NCBI GenBank assembly: GCA_002104905.1
Contig: MCFE01000038.1
Coordinates: forward strand, 140,215-204,214
Reading direction: 5' to 3'
Origin: Basidiobolus meristosporus CBS 931.73
Lineage: Eukaryota; Fungi; Basidiobolomycota
Length of the DNA: 64,000 nucleotides
Part shown: in pieces, positions 62,656-64,000 of the stretch
Numbering within the stretch: the stretch's first letter is position 1
How the letters are laid out: every line of letters begins with the position of its first letter
Made by a program: the position numbers and the translations under genes
The notes under the pieces: generated by a model
The model's database searches: none
Told to the model about the DNA's origin: nothing
Seen by the model: only the letters and a program-made list of their open reading frames with translations

Positions 62656-63384
62656 CTAAGCTAAAGTTAAGGCAGTATCCCAGAGTACACTGGAGTTCAG
62701 GTTCATGGGGGAGTGAAGTAGATAAGCTTGAGAGATATAATAATCTTTGAGATAGTGGGTAACAGCAGGTAAAGGGAAGTTTTTGATAAGTGAAGTGAAT
62801 CTTGAGAGCAGAGATTCCTCTAATGAGAAGGTCTTGTAAACTGGAGAATCAGGAAACTCTTTAAAGGCATGTTCAGTAGGTTCCCAGTAAAACTGGTCAG
62901 AGACATTTTGAGAGAACTCTTTAGCAATACTTTTATCAAGTACTACCTCCAGAGTGTGATTGTTGATAAATCTCATGTTGACAATCTTGGATAAATTGTA
63001 ACCTTGTTGCTTGAGATACATCCTATGCTCAGATATAGGAATGAACTCCACATTGGCAAAGTAGCAGACAGCCCAGTCAGTAGCAGGAGGCAAATCAGAA
63101 GTAGCAGGAAACTTTCTTTTAGTCTTGGGAGGAGCAACAGGATGTCTTGAGGAAGCAGGAACAGGCTTTTTGACAGCTTCAGAGTAGGAAGAGTGAGCAG
63201 GAGCAGATGATTCTTGGGGAGTCTTGTTGACAGGAACAGCTGGCAGAGAGACAATAGATTCTTGCAGATCAGAGAAGGCAGAAAACAGCTTTTGAACTTG
63301 TTTCTTGAGTAAAGCATTTTCAGCTTCAACAAGTGCAAGCCTTTCCTCAAGGAAGGAAATCTGAAGGGAATGGAGTGAAGGCAT
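62656..63384 (-). CDS. Gag/ORF1-like protein of the terminal element (coiled coil + Pro/Ser linker + RRM-like region)
   Basis: Intact 242-aa intronless ORF: LEERLALVEAENALLKKQVQKL (coiled coil), SYSEAVKK, then WAVCYFANV...RMYLKQQGYNLSKIVNMRFINNHTLEVVL. This layout is typical of non-LTR/Penelope-like ORF1 proteins (inference). Confidence 0.62.
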   Translation of the reverse strand: MPSLHSLQISFLEERLALVEAENALLKKQVQKLFSAFSDLQESIVSLPAVPVNKTPQESSAPAHSSYSEAVKKPVPASSRHPVAPPKTKRKFPATSDLPPATDWAVCYFANVEFIPISEHRMYLKQQGYNLSKIVNMRFINNHTLEVVLDKSIAKEFSQNVSDQFYWEPTEHAFKEFPDSPVYKTFSLEESLLSRFTSLIKNFPLPAVTHYLKDYYISQAYLLHSPMNLNSSVLWDTALTLA

Positions 63385-63424
63385 AAGAAATAAGAAGAAG
63401 AGGGTAGGATGGGGTGGGAGGGTG

Positions 63425-63753
63425 GGAAAATTAGCAGGGAGAAGAGAAGGAAGGAGCAAAAATTCCAGAAGTCAGAATTTATAGATGGATGGACAAGGGT
63501 AGATGGATGGATTATTCCTGGGTTAGGAAAATTAGCAGGGAGAAGAGAAGGAAGGAGCAAAAATTCCAGAAGTCAGAATTTATAGATGGATGGACAAGGG
63601 TAGATGGATGGATTATTCCTGGGTTAGGAAAATTAGCAGGGAGAAGAGAAGGAAGGAGCAAAAATTCCAGAAGTCAGAATTTATAGATGGATGGACAAGG
63701 GTAGATGGATGGATTATTCCTGGGTTAGGAAAATTAGCAGGGAGAAGAGAAGG
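63425..63753 (+). repeat. 101-bp tandem repeat, 3 full copies plus a partial fourth, abutting the telomere
   Basis: Units start at 63425, 63526, 63627 and 63728 and look identical. Each ends in a telomere-like GGGTTA(GG). Confidence 0.95.
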
Positions 63754-64000
63754 GTTAGGGTTAGGGTTAGGGTTAGGGTTAGGGTTAGGTTAGGGTTAGG
63801 GTTAGGGTTAGGGTTAGGGTTAGGGTTAGGGTTAGGGTTAGGGTTAGGGTTAGGGTTAGGGTTAGGGTTAGGGTTAGGGTTAGGGTTAGGGTTAGGGTTA
63901 GGGTTAGGGTTAGGGTTAGGGTTAGGGTTAGGGTTAGGGTTAGGGTTAGGGTTAGGGTTAGGGTTAGGGTTAGGGTTAGGGTTAGGGTTAGGTTAGGGTT
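63752..64000 (+). repeat. Telomere, (TTAGGG)n, about 41 units, right chromosome end
   Basis: G-rich strand runs 5'->3' to the end of the window. Two TTAGG variants at 63785 and 63988. Confidence 0.99.

Larger units (their letters stand above)
62071..63753 (-). mobile_element. Putative telomere-attached retroelement array: head-to-tail, 5'-truncated units with a shared 3' end
   Basis: Four co-oriented copies of TTAGGG(G)AGGGAAAGTCACC-N4-6-GGTGAAAT at 62071, 62124, 62181 and 62527. GGGTTAGGGTTAGGG sits at the 62518-62532 junction. ORFs are on the strand reading away from the telomere. The region is capped by the true telomere. Confidence 0.65.

Noticed and set aside
62973-63560. 195-aa overlapping minus-strand ORF
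   Set aside because: Alternative frame of ORF1 plus the 101-bp repeat; L/S/F-rich composition reflects the pyrimidine-rich strand.
63785-63992. Two TTAGG variant units in the telomere
   Set aside because: Single-G deletions in GGG runs cannot be told apart from sequencing or consensus error without the reads.
63489-63996. ORFs MDKGRWMDYSW... and poly-LG/RV
   Set aside because: Translations of the 101-bp repeat and of the telomere.

Overview
Right-hand end of a fungal chromosome. It is eukaryotic and intron-rich, with short GT-AG introns mostly 50-80 nt long, and it ends in about 250 bp of (TTAGGG)n. The gene content suggests an early-diverging fungus (Zoopagomycota or Mucoromycota type), which is an inference. 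About 20 protein genes can be supported. These are an alpha-arrestin, squalene synthase, a bHLH factor, a Rax1-like RGS membrane protein, actin, a Bacillus/Staphylococcus-type lipase, an F-box/LRR protein, MLH3, a Dma1-like FHA-RING ligase, a stand-alone OvoA-C-terminal-type methyltransferase, an FHA-forkhead factor, a UBZ zinc-finger protein resembling the N-half of animal SLX4, three secreted intronless CHAP peptidoglycan-hydrolase genes, a 3R-Myb protein, Rrp14/SURF6, Kin28/CDK7, an NFKBIL1-like protein and a dual hybrid histidine kinase. Four things stand out. (1) The last 2 kb look like a head-to-tail array of 5'-truncated telomere-attached retroelement units. They share a 3' stem-loop plus CCCTAA end, carry an intact gag/ORF1-like ORF with no RT, and contain no CpG. 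(2) The cluster of bacterial-type secreted CHAP enzymes is a candidate horizontally acquired antibacterial arsenal. (3) The orphan ovothiol-type methyltransferase. (4) A long foldback inverted repeat at 8.2-8.95 kb whose solo-arm homolog forms the junction to the telomeric array. No tRNA, rRNA or CRISPR array was recognised. All family calls are by eye from motifs; no searches were run.
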